Assembly (NCBI GenBank): GCA_963668425.1
Contig: OY764332.1
Span: 188,943 to 252,942, forward strand
DNA length: 64,000 nucleotides
Direction: 5' to 3'
Origin: Minisyncoccota bacterium
GTDB taxonomy: Bacteria > Patescibacteriota > Minisyncoccia > Phycocordibacterales > JABAAK01
The notes under the pieces were generated by a model that worked only from the letters and a program-made list of their open reading frames with translations, was not told the DNA's origin and made no database searches. Below are positions 61,206 to 64,000 of the stretch, in pieces (the stretch's first letter is position 1; each line of letters starts with the position of its first letter). The translations under genes were made by a program, and so were the position numbers.

Positions 61206-62000
61206 ATGAACGTATATTCTTGGAATGTGAATGGCCTTCGGGCGGTATACAACAAGGGTGCGCTCGCGCAGTTTATTGCAAAAGAAGATCCTGACATTAT
61301 TCTTTTTCAAGAGATTAAGGCAAAAGAGGAGCAGTTGCCGGAAGAGTTGCAAAATGCTGAGTACATTCATTTTTATAACTCAGCGGAGAAACCCGGCTAC
61401 TCTGGCACTGCAATGTGGGTGCATGATCGGCATAAAAAGATTGTTACAGGTTTTTCAAAAGGAATGCCAAAATGGAGTGACACTGAAGGCAGAATAGTAC
61501 AATGTGCATTCGCTGATAAAAAAGTCATTATCACGGTGTATGTGCCGAACGGAGGAAAATCAGAAGAGGCGTATCAGGAAAAACTGCAGTTTCTCACTAC
61601 GCTTGCGAGCTATGCAAAAAAATTACAAAAAGACGGTTACCAGGTCATTATTGGCGGTGACTTCAATGTCGCCCGTAGTGAGCTTGACCTTGCCAAGCCA
61701 GAAAAGCATCGCGACCACACTCACTTTAATGACGAAGTGCGCTCCCACATGGAAAAACTCATAGCAGTAGATCTTGTGGACACATACCGTAGTCGCAATC
61801 CAGAAGAGGAAGGGGCGTATACCTACTGGGATAACTTTAGTTTTTCTCTCCCCCGTGGCACTAAACCTCGTGATGTTAATGAAGGGTGGCGACTTGATTA
61901 CCTCCTTGTAGATCCGAACACTGACGCAAAAATAAAACGGGTGTCCATTCATCAAAACATCTTCGGCTCCGACCACTGCCCTGTTTCTATTAGTGTATAA
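61206..62000 (+). CDS. xth: exodeoxyribonuclease III (AP endonuclease, EEP fold)
   Basis: MNVYSWNVNGLRA...ILFQEIK...GGDFNV...WRLDYLLV...GSDHCPV. Start at ATG 61206. Confidence 0.88.
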   Translation: MNVYSWNVNGLRAVYNKGALAQFIAKEDPDIILFQEIKAKEEQLPEELQNAEYIHFYNSAEKPGYSGTAMWVHDRHKKIVTGFSKGMPKWSDTEGRIVQCAFADKKVIITVYVPNGGKSEEAYQEKLQFLTTLASYAKKLQKDGYQVIIGGDFNVARSELDLAKPEKHRDHTHFNDEVRSHMEKLIAVDLVDTYRSRNPEEEGAYTYWDNFSFSLPRGTKPRDVNEGWRLDYLLVDPNTDAKIKRVSIHQNIFGSDHCPVSISV

Positions 62001-62043
62001 CCTTGTTTGAGTGCAGGGATTCTGCATTGGAAAAGAATGTTTC

Positions 62044-62071
62044 TTGAAATATTGTTAATGTAAGGTATACT
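62044..62071 (+). promoter_or_regulatory. putative promoter of the DUF5678-like/protease cassette
   Basis: TTGAAA (62044-62049), 16 bp, TATACT (62066-62071), 10 nt before the ATG at 62082. Confidence 0.45.
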
Positions 62072-62081
62072 GTAAGGTATT

Positions 62082-62345
62082 ATGGCAGATGTCTCAACAG
62101 AAAAAATAGAGGAAGAGGTGAGGGAGAATTACACTTTCTTCAAGAAAAATCTTCCTGAACTTATTAAGGAACATAGAGATAAGTTTCTTATCATACGTGA
62201 TAAGAAGGTTGAGGATGTTTGCGACACTGGCGAGGAGGCAATAGTAAAGGCAAAAGAAAAGTTTCCAGACGAATTATACTCAATCCAACAAGTTAGTGAG
62301 AGAGAAGTTGACCTCGGCTCTATATCAGCGTATGCCGTATTTTAA
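62082..62345 (+). CDS. small DUF5678-like protein (87 aa)
   Basis: FFKKNLPELIKEHRDKFLIIRDKKVEDVCDTGEEAIVKAKEKFPDELYSIQQV resembles the L..LL..y.GKwVAI.dgkVv......EEa...A.e.f pattern. By-eye assignment. Confidence 0.5.
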   Translation: MADVSTEKIEEEVRENYTFFKKNLPELIKEHRDKFLIIRDKKVEDVCDTGEEAIVKAKEKFPDELYSIQQVSEREVDLGSISAYAVF

Positions 62346-62859
62346 AGTACCACTGAAAGATAATAGATTTATTATACGATCGGTGATTTTAGACATTCGG
62401 TCATTATCACCTAAAGAGGTAAAATCTTATATTGAACGTGTTAATTTCGAGGGTGAGAACCGGTCCGTAGTGAGTGCACTTATTGACACTGGTGCTACTA
62501 ATTGCAGTATAACCGAAGATCTTGCAGAACGATTATGCCTAAAACCAACAGGGCAATGTACTGTTGGTACTGCTGGTCATCCGATAGAATGCAATCAATA
62601 TTTCATTCTTCTTGGTATACCAGTATCAGAAGTGTATGGAATGCAAAAAATTTATGATGAGAAAAGTGGTCAACAAAGAGAAGTTCCCTATGGTGTTACT
62701 CACTTTAAAGCACATTTTGCTCAGGTAAGCAGTATGCCGAAACAGGAAAAGGTAAGGGGTTTTGACGTTATTATTGGCATGGACCTTCTCGGAAAAATGA
62801 TTTTTCACTATTCAGGTAACCCTGCTACCTCTCAAGGGGAATTGACTATAGGATTTTAA
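62332..62859 (+). CDS. retropepsin-like (clan AA) aspartic protease
   Basis: SALIDTGATNCSITEDLAERLCL (DTG active site) and FDVIIGMDLLGKM (hhGhDhL). ATG 62332 overlaps the upstream stop (62343-62345) by 14 nt. The tracked ORF starts at GTG 62296. Confidence 0.75.
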   Translation: MPYFKVPLKDNRFIIRSVILDIRSLSPKEVKSYIERVNFEGENRSVVSALIDTGATNCSITEDLAERLCLKPTGQCTVGTAGHPIECNQYFILLGIPVSEVYGMQKIYDEKSGQQREVPYGVTHFKAHFAQVSSMPKQEKVRGFDVIIGMDLLGKMIFHYSGNPATSQGELTIGF

Positions 62860-62911
62860 GACACTAATTCAAAATATATACTGTTACTTGTTGTTGTGCG
62901 GGTGCCTTGGG

Positions 62912-64000
62912 TCACCTTTTTTGTATGACTTTTAGGAAGGTGTCGTGCGATACTGTTACTCGTCCCGCTGCTCCCATTTTCTGTTTTCCCTTTTTTTGTT
63001 TTTCTCGCAGTTTCATTTTTCTGGTGATGTCACCACCGTAGAGTTTTGCTGTAACATCTTTGCGTAGAGCAGGTAAGGTTTTAGAGGCAACGATACGCCC
63101 ATCCATTTTTGCCTGTATTTTGATAACAAATAATGCTCTGGGTATTGTTTCATGCAGGATGTTTACCATATCCCGCGCTTCACGCTCACCTCGCAAACGC
63201 GATACAATACTTGCAAATGCTGGAAATTCTTCCTCAGCAAGCAGTATGTCCAGCCGTGTAACATCCGCTTCCCGCTGCCCTATCCGTTTGTATGAGAGTG
63301 ATGCGTATCCGGAACTCACACTTTTTAACCTGTCAAAAAACTGTCGCATCATTTCTCGCAATGGCATTTCACCCTGTACGATAAAGCGATTGTTTTTAAA
63401 ATCATTAACCTGTAGCACATATCCTTCATATTCCTGCAATAGTTGTGATACTGTTGGTACATATTCCGCAGGAGCAATAATGTCTACCGCCACCCACGGC
63501 TCGGCTACCGCTTTTATTTCGTGTGTATCAGGAAACTTGGATGGTGTTGCGATGATCACTGTCTCATCTTTTTTTGTTGTTACGGAAAAATCAGTGCTCG
63601 GTGCAGTGACTACCAGATCTATTCCTGCCTGTCTTCGTACCCGCTCGGTAATAATTTCAAAATGTAGCATTCCTAAAAATCCACACCGAAATCCTTTTCC
63701 CAGCGCTGTTGACCGCTCCTCTTCATATGAAAATGCTGCATCTGTTAACCGCATTTCCTGAAGAGCATGGTGTAGTGCGTTATACTCATTCGCATTTTGT
63801 GGGTAGAGTGATACCCATATTACCGGCACTGCCTCCTGATACCCAGGAAACGGTGGTGCATTTGAGCGGGCGTGGGCAATGGTATCACCGACAATCGCAA
63901 TGCCCGGCTCTTTAATACCTGTGGTGAAATAGCCGATCATTCCTTCTTGTATGGATTCGGTAGATACCATATCTGGCTTGAATATACCAACATCTTTCAG
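62912..64000 (-). CDS. lepA: translation elongation factor 4 (LepA), C-terminal ~362 codons (gene runs off the right edge)
   Basis: ...GYFTTGIKEPG..., GFRCGFLGMLHFEIITERVRRQAGIDLVVTAPS, and the LepA-specific C-terminal domain ...YGGDITRKMKLREKQKKGKQKM. The frame stays open upstream of the tracked Met to base 64000 (LKDVGIFKPD-MVST...). Confidence 0.92.
   Translation of the reverse strand: MKDVGIFKPDMVSTESIQEGMIGYFTTGIKEPGIAIVGDTIAHARSNAPPFPGYQEAVPVIWVSLYPQNANEYNALHHALQEMRLTDAAFSYEEERSTALGKGFRCGFLGMLHFEIITERVRRQAGIDLVVTAPSTDFSVTTKKDETVIIATPSKFPDTHEIKAVAEPWVAVDIIAPAEYVPTVSQLLQEYEGYVLQVNDFKNNRFIVQGEMPLREMMRQFFDRLKSVSSGYASLSYKRIGQREADVTRLDILLAEEEFPAFASIVSRLRGEREARDMVNILHETIPRALFVIKIQAKMDGRIVASKTLPALRKDVTAKLYGGDITRKMKLREKQKKGKQKMGAAGRVTVSHDTFLKVIQKR

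Noticed and set aside
63060-63761. 233-aa plus-strand ORF
   Set aside because: It is antisense to lepA, whose identity is unambiguous.

Overview
Gene-dense chromosomal segment with about 65 protein genes and one tRNA, mostly on the minus strand. I saw no rRNA, CRISPR array, transposase or prophage genes. The content suggests a reduced-genome, Patescibacteria/CPR-like bacterium. This is inference from several observations: no L30 gene between rpsE and rplO, domain-trimmed housekeeping enzymes (ProRS without INS, short PheS, short YebC, short DnaX), archaeal-type AspRS, type IV pilus and competence genes (pilB, pilM, a large prepilin-like protein, comF, dprA, comM), TrbC/VirB2-like two-helix 'pilin' fusion proteins, and many lineage-specific membrane or secreted ORFs. 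The core content is: aaRS genes (argS partial, proS, aspS, trpS, pheST); DNA replication and repair genes (dnaX, gyrB, ruvB, ruvC, ruvX, rmuC, xth, xerC-like, scpAB); a truncated spc-type ribosomal cluster (rpsN-rpsH-rplF-rplR-rpsE-rplO-secY); rplS; rpsO, an NYN-domain gene and pnp; a class A PBP; an FtsQ-like gene; a CcdA plus two DsbA-like genes; and lepA (partial). Observations I consider most worth follow-up: (1) an NlpC/P60 thiol-hydrolase module inserted in-frame inside the B5 domain of PheRS beta. (2) A self-contained, higher-GC transcription unit at 50.8-51.35 kb, with a near-consensus promoter, a 14-bp leader hairpin, a Shine-Dalgarno (SD) site, a 107-codon ORF and a strong terminator. 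Its product resembles Cpn10/GroES at both ends in one frame and in the middle in another frame, and there is no groEL next to it. (3) A Panacea (DUF4065)-type antitoxin paired with a MazF/PemK-like toxin that is split by a C7 homopolymer. (4) A two-gene cassette of a DUF5678-like small protein and a retropepsin-like aspartic protease, with a tandem-repeat operator-like site. (5) A restriction-modification-like island next to tRNA-Ser whose putative nuclease partner has no fold I can recognise. (6) A surface protein gene containing four near-identical 354-bp tandem repeats. All family assignments come from reading motifs in the translations by eye. No database search was run.
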